From Blepharisma stoltei ATCC 30299 (Eukaryota; Protista; Ciliophora), in contig CBFDEM010000035.1 in assembly GCA_965603825.1 (NCBI GenBank), positions 124,001 to 188,000 on the forward strand: a stretch of DNA of 64,000 bases. Direction: 5' to 3'. The notes beneath the pieces were generated by a model. The model did not search any database and was not told the DNA's origin. It saw only the letters and a program-made list of their open reading frames with translations. Below are positions 23,688-35,119 of this stretch, in pieces; the stretch's first letter is position 1; every line of letters begins with the position of its first letter. The position numbers and the translations under genes are program-made.

Positions 23688-24662
23688 ATGCTAAATAAAA
23701 CTACACTTGACAATTCTACCAATACAACACGGTCTGGCAGCACTCCTAAGAAGCAGTTATCAATGTGCTTTGAAAGATCACCGATAAAGCACCAAACAAA
23801 TGCCATGAATTCTTCAGGCATTCAAGACTTTTATTGTTTTTCTCCCATAAATTCCAAAGCCAGGATATCATGGGAGCCTTACTCAGATAGTAAAAAGCAT
23901 TTATCTCCAGTAAGAGCCAAAGAAGGTCTAAATCTATTGAATTTTAAAAACGAGAAGCTTAAAATTGAAGTAGAGAGAGACCGCCTTAAGCAGCATTCCC
24001 GAGATATTGAAATAAAATTATCTGAAGCGACAGACCAAATTAGCCAGCTTAAAGCAGAACTAGAATATAAAGATGAAATGTTGAAGCACCTCAGCAAATT
24101 AGTGGAAGAAAGAGAAGAAAAGTTTAAAGATTTGTTCAGTAAAGAAACATGCGGATATCAGGAAATTATAAAACAAAAAGAAAGCATTATTAAAGATCTG
24201 AAATCTAAAATACAAAAATATAAAAAATCAGAAATAAGAAGAAAAGAGACTATTAAGGCAGAAAACGACTGTTTGAATACAAAAATTGATAAAATTATAG
24301 AGAAAAATGATGAATGTGAATTAAAAACATCCTTAAAAACAGATGAAAGCCTTTTACTTGAATTTGCAGAAGATATTGATCTCTTTGTAAGTAGCATCCC
24401 ATTAAAAGCAAAATCTAACATAAGAAAGCATCCTGAAATATTATCCATAATCGACCAAATTGGAGAATTGAAACAAATTTTATTATGTGTAATGAAAGGT
24501 GAAAAGATACCTTGGAAGGTACTAATGGATCACGAAGATGTCACAATTGCAGAAGATTCAAAGAAAAAAACGTTAAGTGATGCATTAAATGATCTTTGTG
24601 AAATTAGAAAAATATTATCAGACATATATGTAGAAGGCTGCGGCAGTAAGAGTGCAGTGTAA
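23688..24662 (+). CDS. Coiled-coil hypothetical protein, 324 aa
   Basis: Long ORF with an SP/TP-rich N-terminus and a heptad core. Confidence 0.8.
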   Translation: MLNKTTLDNSTNTTRSGSTPKKQLSMCFERSPIKHQTNAMNSSGIQDFYCFSPINSKARISWEPYSDSKKHLSPVRAKEGLNLLNFKNEKLKIEVERDRLKQHSRDIEIKLSEATDQISQLKAELEYKDEMLKHLSKLVEEREEKFKDLFSKETCGYQEIIKQKESIIKDLKSKIQKYKKSEIRRKETIKAENDCLNTKIDKIIEKNDECELKTSLKTDESLLLEFAEDIDLFVSSIPLKAKSNIRKHPEILSIIDQIGELKQILLCVMKGEKIPWKVLMDHEDVTIAEDSKKKTLSDALNDLCEIRKILSDIYVEGCGSKSAV

Positions 24663-25124
24663 CAGAGACCATTTAAATATAAATTAATTTTTTATTTTTT
24701 ACTTGTCAAAATATTAATTTAATAAATCAAAATATTTTTCATAAAGAATATAATTTTTAAATCTAAATGTTTACCAAAATGGCTATGATACTAAAGTTTT
24801 GGGATTTTGAAAATTTTTGATATTTTTTTCTTATCAGGCCTTATCAGGAATGAAATGATTATTTAAAGTATCTTTTTGTACGAAAGTGGATGCTTATTAG
24901 TCTTCTTCATTCACATCATTATTATCAATAATTTTACGAGGCAGCTATTAATGGCCTAAGTCATACCATTAATTATTTCTTTTTTTACATCAAAATTTAA
25001 TCTTTTTTTTATTAGAAAATCTTTAACTTCTTAACTTAATTCTAAATATTCAAAGTAACAAGCTTAGCTTTTACTTTAAAAAAAATTATTTGCTATTGGA
25101 ATTAGCCATATTGCTATTATAAAA

Positions 25125-26711
25125 ATGATTTCTCTAAACTTAATTCAAGATATCTGTGAGTACTTAACTTACAAAGAACTCACCTGCTTAGCTCAAGCAT
25201 GCAAAAAATATCAGAGAATAGTTTATTCCAGTAAATTATTTAAAAAGGAAGCAATCAGACTTTTTATGGGCAATCTTGATTTATATCAGACATATGACGA
25301 ATATACCTTATATCCAAAGCTAGTAAAACAAGAAAATGACAGTTCAAGCTTGCAATGAAAATCACTATTAGATTCTCATTTTGAAATCAAAATTGGCTGG
25401 AAACAGCTAGCAGGGCGTGTTTTGAATAAAAATGATATAGAGCAGCTTTACTGTATTTTGCTTGAAGAATTTAAAAATCCAGCAATTCCAATTCCAAGAT
25501 TGAAAGCTGAATACTTTTCCTCAAATTACCAGGATCTTATAGTTATAGGAGACTCTATCTTTCTAGATTCATATAAGGAAAATCAAAATTCTAACAGTAT
25601 CATGCAGGCTTTAAACAGTCAAGATTTTCTAGAAGAATTCTCATCAGATTCTCAAATCCAGATGCTAAACTATGCTATTCAATATTTTTGGAGTCCTAGT
25701 TTTGACTCTACAAATTCTCCATGAATCTTGAAATTTTATTCATTAATTTATCAAATGATTTCTATAAATTGCAAATTTGCTTATTCCAGAATAAAATGCT
25801 ATTCAGGTGAAGATCTTTTAGATGAATACACAATAATATGATCTGCATTTTCAGCAGCTATGCAGAATTTGGCTGATTTTCTTGATCCTTTAGTTCAGTC
25901 TCTTAATAACATCAGAAATTCAATTTATAAGACAAAGCCGAAATTCTTCAAATTGTACAATTTGATGAATAAAATATGAAAAGAAGAGGTTTTTAAGAAA
26001 CTGGAAGAAGAAATAACTGAAAATATTATTTTTTTGTGGAGAAGAATAAGAAGCTCAGATAATGATTCAGGAATAAATTTGCTAATAAAGAGTATAGAAT
26101 TCATTGTTGATCATAGTGTAGATGAAGAAAGCTTGCTTTATAAAAATCATACGAAACTTTTTACTGCAGAACCTTATAAGCATATAAATGAAAACATTAT
26201 GGAAGAAACCAAAATTTATTATCAAAAATTAGAAACTACCATTGAAAACTTGCAATCTATTATTGATCGAGACATCAGAATTTTAAAGCTAGCTTTTCTT
26301 CCACTTACGCAAAAAAAGTTTGAAAGATTAGCCTATTATAAGCTGCAGCAAGCCATTTCATCTCATCTTAGCAAAGAAATATCTGAATTTTCAATATCCA
26401 CAACTCCTTACTGCAATGAAAGGCTCCTTAATGATTACTTATACAGCCCTATTGGAGCGTTTTTGTTTCAGCAAGAAATGTCAGTTCATAAGGTAAAATT
26501 ATTTATATCTTATGGATTGTCGAAAAATACCTATCTTAGCTTTTTTAAAATATACAACAATGGTCCAGATAAAATTTTAGAAGTGTATAAAGCTCAAGAC
26601 CAAGAAATTGAAGCCAAAGCCAAAAGATGTGGATTTCCTTTTGAAAACCTAATAACTGGTCAAACTGCAGACTCAGGGAATTTCTCATTTGAAAATATCG
26701 CTATAATCTAG
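25125..26711 (+). CDS. F-box protein with cullin N-terminal repeat-like region, 528 aa
   Basis: Single frame through TGA at 25356, 25722, 25839 and 25977. N-terminal LIQDICEYLTYKELTCLAQACKKYQRI is an F-box pattern, followed by cullin-like helices. Confidence 0.8.
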
Positions 26712-26815
26712 TTTACATTAAGCCAAGTTCTCTACTTTTTCCTAAATTAGCTTTAATAATTTTCCTAAATTCACCTAAGAATTTATTGATTACCATTTCT
26801 TTCTGGTTATTAATT

Positions 26816-29800
26816 ATGGATCTCAAAGACTTCACAGCTCCTTTACTGTCTCAATTAGGTAGCATGACCTCTGTAGCTCCGACTCTCCCTGAGGAAAAGA
26901 CAGAAATGACAATGCTAGAAGCAACAGCTGAGATTGAAGGCATGATTTCTGATTCTTTAGCTAAATCTATAAGTACAGCTGACGAAATCCTTCAATTCAG
27001 AGTTTCAAAAGATGAAAATCTTTTTGTGATTTTGACAGAAAGCCACCTTGTTACTTATGATGGAAGCTTTAAAGGCCGCCACTCCAAAAAAATCACTGAA
27101 ATTCAGCCAAAATTTTTAGAACTGTTCAATGAGGATAAGAATGCAATTTTAGGAAGGCCTGGAGAGACCAAAATATTTATTTATGACCTAGCAACGCTAA
27201 AGTTCGTAAAATCAGTTGACACTCACAAATCAAAAATCAATAAAATGTTCATGATGCCTGACCAATTGTCATTACTTACACTAATGGATAGTGAAGTGCT
27301 CAGGTGGGATGTGTCAAGTTTTGATAGAATTAAAGTAAAAAGCTTTGTCGCAGAATCATATGACCGAGCTTTCATTTCTTCTAATTCTTTACATGTCGGG
27401 TTTACTAAGAAAACAGGAAATGACTTTTATGTTCATTCAATAGAAAATAAACAGTTATTGTGCTCAGAAAATATGGGTTTAAGGATTGGACAGGTAAGTT
27501 TTGCACCGTCTGGGAATTTTGTAGCGATTTCTTCAGCGAAAGTTATTAAATTGAAGAATTTGAATAATTTACAAGATTTTCGAGCTCCTATAGAGCTGGA
27601 GGAAGCTATTATAACTCTAAATATTGCAAAAACTGAAGATATCATACTGGCAGGGACGCAAAGAGGAAATGTGGTTCTAATTGACCACAAAAACGGCAGA
27701 AATAATATTATTCTTAACGTCCATAGAAGTGCATTAATTAAATTTACACTGAATAGTGATGAAACCAAAATGTATTCAGTAGAGAGTGAACAAAAAAGAA
27801 AAATCACGACTACTAAGTTTCCAAAACTAGCTTTAAAGCGGAAAATCCAAAATAATGCAATGATCCTTAACTTTTCTCCTCAAAACCAATTATTAATAAA
27901 ATCCAAAGACAGCCTTAAATTATTTGACTTCAAAAAAAATGAAGAGCATTTCATTAACACTTCTGAAGGTATAAATGCCGTCATCTGCAAAAATGATAAA
28001 ATAATCATTTCTCAGCTATCAAGAATCGTCGTATTAGATCCTCAATTTCCACCCCTCCAAATGGAAGATCCTGACAATGATATTCCAATGACTTTAATTT
28101 CTAATCAAGCCGGCACCATCCTCTTCACAGGAAGCAAGCAAAAAATAAAAATTTGGGAACTTGATACTTTAACAGTCACTGCCAATTGGAAAGCCCATGA
28201 AGACATCGTCTCCTCTTTTGTGCTCGCTAAGCAAGAAACCAAGCTTATATCAGGAAGCTATGATAATATTATAAAAGTATGGGATATAGAGACAGGGAAT
28301 TTAGATCTCCAAATTAAAGGGCATCAAGGTGATATTAACTGTCTTCAGATCACGAAAGACGAAAAACTGCTGCTTTCTTCCAGCTCTGATAAGACAATTA
28401 GGGTGTGGAACTGGGAAAGGAATATTTTGGTTAACACTATAAATACAACGGCTCCTCTGGTAGGGATTTATTTGACAGATGACGAAAAACATTTGATTTC
28501 TTCGACAACAGATGGAAAAATCACGTACTGGAGCATGAAAAGCTATACAAGGGTGTTTTATAACCAAGTCCATGACAAAATGAAACAGTTTATAGCGTCA
28601 CCTAATGGGCATTATTTGGCTTATGCTGTCGCTGATAATGACTGCTATATAGTCGAAAACCCTCTTTTCTCCAAAGAAATGGCTGTATCTGGACCTACAG
28701 AAGGCTATTATCAGTTTTTGATCTATCTCAAGCATATAATTCTAAAGACAGATATCCCAGAGCACAGGCCAGAAATGGACGACTGGATTATCCTCCCCCA
28801 CTTTTTGGCTGCTCAGCACTATTATGCCTATTCAAGCCTTTTTATCCACCTTAAAAGGTCGTTAGTTGAAGAATTCAGATACGTCGAGTCCACCTTTGGC
28901 CAAACTCCCTTATCAATTACTATGGATAAAGAGTATAGGGACTGCAGAAATCTCATTGTGAAATCTATGATAAAAACCTATGTAGAAAACCCTTACTCTT
29001 TATCATGCCTTACTAAAGAGTGCTTAATTGATTTGAATTCTGAAGGATTCAGAGCTTTATTGAAACTCTATGATTTGATTTTTAGAAGATGCCAAGGGTA
29101 TAACTTGCCGACTTATGTGCCTGAGAAGGTACCACTGCCGACATTTTATCATAGTGATGAAATAGTCCCTCTTAAAGAAAACTTTATTGTTGAGACTCCA
29201 GCTCAGCTAGATGCGAATGGGAATCCAATCGGTGGCTATATAGATGATAAAGATATATATTTCATGCATTGTTTAGTTCCTTTAAATTTAGTGATTGGAA
29301 GCCAAGAAAGTCTAGATTTCCTTAGAAGTCTTTTAGATTCTCCAATACAAGATATCTTCAGGGCAGAGCTAGTCCAAAGGATTTTAGAAGAGAAATGGAA
29401 CCAAGTCAGATGGTATATGTATCCTCAAGGGCTTCTTTACTTATTATACTTGATCCTATTCAACGTCTACGTCATTTTCTTCCAAGATAACTCTGCATTT
29501 ATTACCGCTCCCTTCGTATTAAGCATTATTCTATCTTCATACGAAGCATACCAAGCCTTTTCTGCTCCATTATCCTATTTAGAAGATCTCTGGAACTACC
29601 TCGATCTCTCCAGAGGAGCTCTTATGATTATTTACACCATCATGGTCTGGTCTAACACTGACCCTCATTCTGATGCCTATACAATCGTAATCACCTTGGC
29701 CATTTTCGCAAGTTGGATCAGAGGAATCACCTATTTCCGCCTTTACCCTCCTACCCGTTACATGATAAGTCTCATCACTGAGGTCCTCCAAGACATGTTT

Positions 29801-30394
29801 TCCTTCATGATTTTACTATTCTACTCCACCCTTGCTTTTTCCTTTATTTTCCTCATAACTGAGCGTGACGACCAGACAAGTTTCCTTACCTACATCGCCA
29901 ATTCTTATCTATTTAACCTTGGGGAGTCCAATTCTGACGGTCTTAACACGATACAAGCCGTCACTTTCTTAATTACGACCCTTATCAACGTTATTGTAAT
30001 GATGAATTTACTAGTCTCCATCCTTGGTGACACCTTTGACAAAGTCCAAGAAAACCTAGAAGTCGCTGATTTTACAGCTTTGGCTGAAATGATTTTGGAA
30101 ATCGAGACTTTACTGTTTTGGAAAAGAGGGATAAAACAGCTTGCGTACTTCCAGCTATGTGCAGAAGACGCTATTAAAGGTGGAGAAGACTGGGCAGGAA
30201 AGGTCAGAGAACTGAAATTGCTAGTTAAATTAATGCAAGACGGGCAAACTAAAGCTATTCAGTCATCAGTTGAAGACCATAAAAGCTTGAAGCAGCAAGC
30301 TGGCAAGGCTCAAAAAGCTATTACGGAAAGGACCAAAGATTTGGTAGAGTCCTTGCAGTCTTTAAAGAAAGTCCAGGCAGAATTCTTTACTTAA
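26816..30394 (+). CDS. WD40-repeat TRP-like cation channel, 1192 aa
   Basis: WD40 repeats (LISGSYDNIIKVWD, GHQGDINCL, SSSDKTIRVW), GQTPL, EEKW pre-S1, WNYLD, six TMs ending MNLLVSILGDTFDKV, coiled-coil tail. First ATG is at 26816. Confidence 0.9.
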   Translation: MDLKDFTAPLLSQLGSMTSVAPTLPEEKTEMTMLEATAEIEGMISDSLAKSISTADEILQFRVSKDENLFVILTESHLVTYDGSFKGRHSKKITEIQPKFLELFNEDKNAILGRPGETKIFIYDLATLKFVKSVDTHKSKINKMFMMPDQLSLLTLMDSEVLRWDVSSFDRIKVKSFVAESYDRAFISSNSLHVGFTKKTGNDFYVHSIENKQLLCSENMGLRIGQVSFAPSGNFVAISSAKVIKLKNLNNLQDFRAPIELEEAIITLNIAKTEDIILAGTQRGNVVLIDHKNGRNNIILNVHRSALIKFTLNSDETKMYSVESEQKRKITTTKFPKLALKRKIQNNAMILNFSPQNQLLIKSKDSLKLFDFKKNEEHFINTSEGINAVICKNDKIIISQLSRIVVLDPQFPPLQMEDPDNDIPMTLISNQAGTILFTGSKQKIKIWELDTLTVTANWKAHEDIVSSFVLAKQETKLISGSYDNIIKVWDIETGNLDLQIKGHQGDINCLQITKDEKLLLSSSSDKTIRVWNWERNILVNTINTTAPLVGIYLTDDEKHLISSTTDGKITYWSMKSYTRVFYNQVHDKMKQFIASPNGHYLAYAVADNDCYIVENPLFSKEMAVSGPTEGYYQFLIYLKHIILKTDIPEHRPEMDDWIILPHFLAAQHYYAYSSLFIHLKRSLVEEFRYVESTFGQTPLSITMDKEYRDCRNLIVKSMIKTYVENPYSLSCLTKECLIDLNSEGFRALLKLYDLIFRRCQGYNLPTYVPEKVPLPTFYHSDEIVPLKENFIVETPAQLDANGNPIGGYIDDKDIYFMHCLVPLNLVIGSQESLDFLRSLLDSPIQDIFRAELVQRILEEKWNQVRWYMYPQGLLYLLYLILFNVYVIFFQDNSAFITAPFVLSIILSSYEAYQAFSAPLSYLEDLWNYLDLSRGALMIIYTIMVWSNTDPHSDAYTIVITLAIFASWIRGITYFRLYPPTRYMISLITEVLQDMFSFMILLFYSTLAFSFIFLITERDDQTSFLTYIANSYLFNLGESNSDGLNTIQAVTFLITTLINVIVMMNLLVSILGDTFDKVQENLEVADFTALAEMILEIETLLFWKRGIKQLAYFQLCAEDAIKGGEDWAGKVRELKLLVKLMQDGQTKAIQSSVEDHKSLKQQAGKAQKAITERTKDLVESLQSLKKVQAEFFT

Positions 30395-30425
30395 GTTAAA
30401 TAGCTTTAAATATGACGTATATAAA

Positions 30426-31055
30426 ATGAATAGTCCATGCTTGCATGAAAACTGTGGGAAATCAGCAGTTAAAGGACTAGCGTCAGGGCTGGGATATGGC
30501 GCAAAAGTAAGGTTTACACATTCAATTGTAATTTCTGCGTTATTTGGGAAAGGGAATTTAAAGAAGAGGGTTCTGCAAATTATTAAAAATACAACAGAGC
30601 ATTCGAAGAACTTGGGGGTTTATGTGTTTATATATAAAAGCTTATTATGCTTTATTACGAAGATCAGAGGAAAAGCTGCGCCAGGAAATTCAGCGATGTC
30701 AGGTCTTATTTCGTCGTATTTTATATTTTCAAAAGAAACCCCAGTGAATAGTCAGATTACTCTATATTTGTTTTCAAGAATTTTGACTGGTAGCACAAAA
30801 CTCCTTTATGCGAGAAAAATTATCCCGGCAATGCCCTGGCTTGAAAAGTGGAGTTTTGCTTTGCTGACGATTTTTTGCTGGGCAAGTGTAATGTATTTGT
30901 TTGAAAAAGACAAAACTTGTCTGCAATCCTCATTAGCAAGCTCAATGGATTTTCTTTATGTGGATTCCGAAAAATGGAAAGGTGTTGTTGATTTTATTCC
31001 ATTTGGGGAGAGTTTACAGACGTATTTTGGTAAATTAGGCCTAATTAAGTTTTAA
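30426..31055 (+). CDS. PXMP4: Peroxisomal membrane protein 4 (PMP24, Tim17 family)
   Basis: YGAKVRFTHS, EHSKNLG.YVFIYK, VNSQITLYLFSR, WASVMYLFE, LQSSL.SSM.FLY.DS. Confidence 0.9.
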   Translation: MNSPCLHENCGKSAVKGLASGLGYGAKVRFTHSIVISALFGKGNLKKRVLQIIKNTTEHSKNLGVYVFIYKSLLCFITKIRGKAAPGNSAMSGLISSYFIFSKETPVNSQITLYLFSRILTGSTKLLYARKIIPAMPWLEKWSFALLTIFCWASVMYLFEKDKTCLQSSLASSMDFLYVDSEKWKGVVDFIPFGESLQTYFGKLGLIKF

Positions 31056-31068
31056 AATTAGTATAAAA

Positions 31069-31608
31069 ATGAAAAGCAAACCCGTGATAATTGAAAATTT
31101 ATCAGGATGGAGAGACTGGCAAAGCAACATGAGCCGGCACAAAAAGCATGTAAAACAAATCCTCAGCTCATCCTCCAGAATCGACAACACAAAGCCTAAA
31201 GGATTCCCAAAGCACTCCCAAATGGCCTCACTCCGAGAATTTTATACAAATGGTAATCGTTACACAGAAAGAAAAAATGAAATTCAAAAATCCAATGAAA
31301 AATTCTTAGAAAGGCTTCTTGATGTAACCTCAGCTGTACAGAGTAGTCAATTACTAGAAGAAAAAAACATCAACAAATATAAAGAAAGATGTAAAAAAGA
31401 AGTCGAGAAACAAAGGGAAAAAGACAACATGCAAATTTATAAGAGGATTATTCATACATCAAGCTCTCTTAATTTTTCGCAGTTTGAGAAGGATTTTAAT
31501 AAAAGCAAGGAATATTCGAAACTAAGGACGAGAAAGAATTTTCGGAAACTTCCAAAATTGAGAAGGAGCTGTGGGAGTAATTCGAGCAAAGAGCTGGTAA
31601 GTAATTAA
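31069..31608 (+). CDS. Basic helical protein, CFAP97/Hemingway-like (tentative)
   Basis: IDNTKP, ERKNEIQKSNEKFLERL, REKDNMQIYKRI; probable hidden intron at 31253-31267. Confidence 0.65.
   Translation: MKSKPVIIENLSGWRDWQSNMSRHKKHVKQILSSSSRIDNTKPKGFPKHSQMASLREFYTNGNRYTERKNEIQKSNEKFLERLLDVTSAVQSSQLLEEKNINKYKERCKKEVEKQREKDNMQIYKRIIHTSSSLNFSQFEKDFNKSKEYSKLRTRKNFRKLPKLRRSCGSNSSKELVSN
31253..31267 (+). other. Candidate stop-less 15-nt intron
   Basis: GTAATCGTTACACAG: GTAA donor, A10, CAG acceptor. Confidence 0.6.
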
Positions 31609-31762
31609 TGTTGAGCGTTTTTATTAGCAAATAATATGGGTAGTTTACAAATAATGCTGAATAATGATATAAATTATTTTGGCTTATACCAGAATATAGC
31701 TAAAATAGGTCTAGTTTTAAATTTATGGCTAATTTTGGATTTTATAGTACTAAAAGAATAGA

Positions 31763-32740
31763 CTAAATTACCAAATTTTGTGAAAATCCAATGACCAAGG
31801 GTCTTTTTACAAGCTCAGGGATTGGGTTATTTTTCATCAGTATTTTGAAATGAGGCAGTGCCTGAATAAGAATCAATCTCAGCTGTCTATCACTTTCAAT
31901 CTTATTCAAAGACAAATTCAGCCTGCTAAACACTTTATTTTTCATCAAAAAGCACTGTCCTGACTCCTCCTCTTCGATCAGTTCATCAGCAGGTGGCTCA
32001 ATTTCCCCATGTCCTTTATTTTTCATTGCTTTTTCTTTTATTATCTCTTTTTCCCTCCTTCTAAACTCCTCTACCCTTTCACTTGGAAATGGGATTTTCC
32101 CAAACGCCCCCACAAGTGGCATCAGCTGTTCATCAGTCAATTCATTTTTTGCCAAATTTAAATGCATAAGGCTTCTATTTACCTCTAACATTTCCGCTAT
32201 CGGTGTCAGTGAATATATTCTATTCCCATATAAATCCAAAGTTTTCAGTTTTTTATTTTCTTTTAAGGCTTCACAAATATAGCTTAAAGCGTTATCCCCT
32301 AAATTGCAAGCTTTTAAGGACAAAACCTGCAGCTTGCTATCTCCTCTTAATAGTTCTGAATATTTATAGTCCTGAAGCCCTGGATTTCAGTCTATTTGTA
32401 GCCAGTTTATATGATCCAGACTAATTATTTCTATAATCATAGCAATCAGGTCTTCATTTAAATCACAGTTATTGAACCTTATTTGTTTTACATTGGCAGT
32501 TGTCAATACAAACATCAGAACTTTAAAAGAAAAATTGTCAAACCTATAAGACATCGCTGAAAAATTTTCGCTTTCTGTGGGAATTTGGTCTTTAAAACAA
32601 GGGTGTATTTTAGCGTTTAGGACTTGCAATAAATTTGATATGTCGCTCCAGAGCTTTCCTGAAGGCTTAAACCCAGCTTCTTTTATTTCATGTAACCCCC
32701 GGCTATCATGACAGTATAAACTCCATAGTGATGATTCCAT
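31763..32740 (-). CDS. RI-type leucine-rich repeat protein (LRRC71-like), 325 aa
   Basis: Two ORFs joined by TGA 32387 (LQID[W]NP); LSLKACNLGD, LDLYGNRI, LNLAKNEL. Confidence 0.85.
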
Positions 32741-32751
32741 TTTTTATTTAG

Positions 32752-34557
32752 TTAGAAGAAACCGCAGCATGGCTTATGCTCTTTATTTCTATGTTCGTGC
32801 ATGAAATCTTTAAGTGGCTCAGGGGCAAATTGAGGAGAGCCTTTATGAATTTTTTCGTCGACGAGGAAGACTTGAATTATGGTGTCACAGGACATCTCGT
32901 AAACCCCTACAAAAAGCCCGGAAACTGAGTAGCTTACTATGATAAAGACGAGGGTAGCAGGGATTGGGGACTGGATGTGATCAGAATAAATAGAACAGTG
33001 GGTAATGATGAGAAAGCCAAAATAGCTTGATAAGGTTGTAATGAAGAATTTTCCTATAAAAGTAAAAATGTCGCCAATGCTGCCTAATGCAGCAAATCTT
33101 GCAGCGTTTTCTAATGTGATTTCAAACGCGTTTTTGGCGGCTTTACAGAAATTATCGCCAGATAAAGCAACTTGGATGTAGGCGTGCTTGTCAATGTATT
33201 TGATAAACCTTTCAAAACAAGCCACATAGCATCCTACGCAGCCACATAAAAATTTGACACAGCAGTTTTTGTCGAGTCCTTCTTTGTGGACTTTTTCTTT
33301 GAGGAAAATAAAATACCATTTGATAAATTTAATAATTGCTAATAGTAAACTTCCAAAAGCAAGGGAACCCAAATGGTATCGGAATGCATTATAAGCTGAT
33401 CGTGATAATATATGATGAGTCAATGATAGACGGGAGTCTGAGAAATACCAAAAGCACACTGCACTTGCAATAACAAATTGAGATAAGGCTATTTTGAATG
33501 AGTTTATTCATAGTACACCGATAAATTCAAATAGAAAGGAATTCCTGGTAGAGTCGTTCCAGGACATGTGAGAGAATTTTTCATAGCTGTCTTTATCTTC
33601 TAATTTCCCACTAGAATAAATATAGACCAAAGCAAGCACCCAGTAAATATAAAATGCAAAGCCAGCCAAAAATACAATGATGGGGACTATAATTATCCAC
33701 CAAACGTCTTTCATAAAAATAGCTCCTGATTTCATCACTGCGATTGCTAAATTGATTCTTCTTATCATGAATAAAAGTAAAAATATAAAAACTCCAATCA
33801 TAATATACCCAAAAATCGCACAAATTCTTAAAGCTTTTCTGGTTTTTTCATGATTGTCCCCAGAGTATGTATTATCTGCTTCATAATCCATATAAGCTGC
33901 AAAAAGAATAAGCAATCCAATACACGCCAGTATAACAAGCCAAATCATAAGCCCTATACAATATCTCAATAATACCAAATACAACACTGAAAATCCAATC
34001 GCAAGGGCTAAAACAATCAAAATCGCAGTCCAGCACCTATAAATATCTGAAGCCCAGCCTCTCAGAGAATCTTCATATACCGCATCTATCACTTTATTAA
34101 AATCTTCATCTAGGTCATCTGCAGCACTTTTATCAGGCATACAATACCGTTTAAGGTATTCATCACTTACATAAGGGTCAACTTTACTTGTTGAATTATC
34201 TGAATTTCTTATTTCAAAAGAACAGCTAGTAACCCAGGTATTTGGGTGACATTTTACATCACTGGAATCTGTAGGGCAACTTTTTACGCAAACTTTATAG
34301 TCAGTGTCGTCTGTGGGGGTTGGGTAATATATGTATTTATAGCTTGATGTAACTGTATCTGGGCGGCCACAGAGGTTTCCTGAGGAGTCGTGAGGATAAA
34401 GAATGAGATCGGGGTTGCCTTGGGCAAAGCCTGCAATACCAACTGAAAAGAAGCAAATCAAGAAGGCGGTAAATACAAGGCAGATTAAAACGTCTGTGCA
34501 GCGACGATTTTTTAGTGGCCCATACTTGAGTTCTTCAGATATAGGAGAATAGGCCAT
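32752..34557 (-). CDS. Choline transporter-like protein (SLC44/CTL), 601 aa
   Basis: RRCTDV, DSSGNLCG, CVKSCP, GVL[W]INSF via TGA 33508, YHLGSLAFGS, AYIQVALSGDNFC.AAK.AF. Confidence 0.95.
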
Positions 34558-34786
34558 TTTTCAATTTTTACTACAAATAAAATTCAATATGAAAATACTT
34601 TTTAATAATAATATCCTTAACAATATTTTACAATTGTCCTTAATTTTACTATAAAAATAAATAAAATTCACTAATTTTAAAAAAAATGATTAGCACATTT
34701 ACATATAAGTTATCCTAAATCTTTGTCTTTATATAGAATATATCTAAATATCTACCAGCTCCTAAATTCTATTTCTCCTGAGATTA

Positions 34787-35024
34787 TTAATCAAAAGACC
34801 CATCTGCAAAGCTCGTATTATAATTCACTTCTGTGGGCTGGCCTTCAGTGTTAAAAACAACAGGATCTGAAAATGTTGGAGGTGATTTCTGGTCTGAAGT
34901 AATAGACCCTGCAAATGTAAACGCAGTCGCGTCTATTTTTTTGGGCTCTTCTAGCTTCTTATAAGACTCTGGCTCAGGCTAAAATATTTATTACTTCTTC
35001 TGCGTTCTTACAGCAGCATCCCAT
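34787..35024 (-). CDS. 73-aa putatively acylated microprotein (missed by track)
   Basis: MGCCCKNAEE|PEPESYKKLEEPKKIDATAFTFAGS..PTFSDP..GSFD*; open only after removal of a 16-nt intron. Confidence 0.78.
34979..34994 (-). other. 16-nt intron
   Basis: GTAATAAATATTTTAG, A10. Confidence 0.8.
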
Positions 35025-35119
35025 TTATTCACTTTATTTATAACTAGCATATATTTTCTTGTGATTTAATTAAAGAATAAACAATTCTTGCACAAATCTT
35101 CTGAAAATTCTCAATTTTG

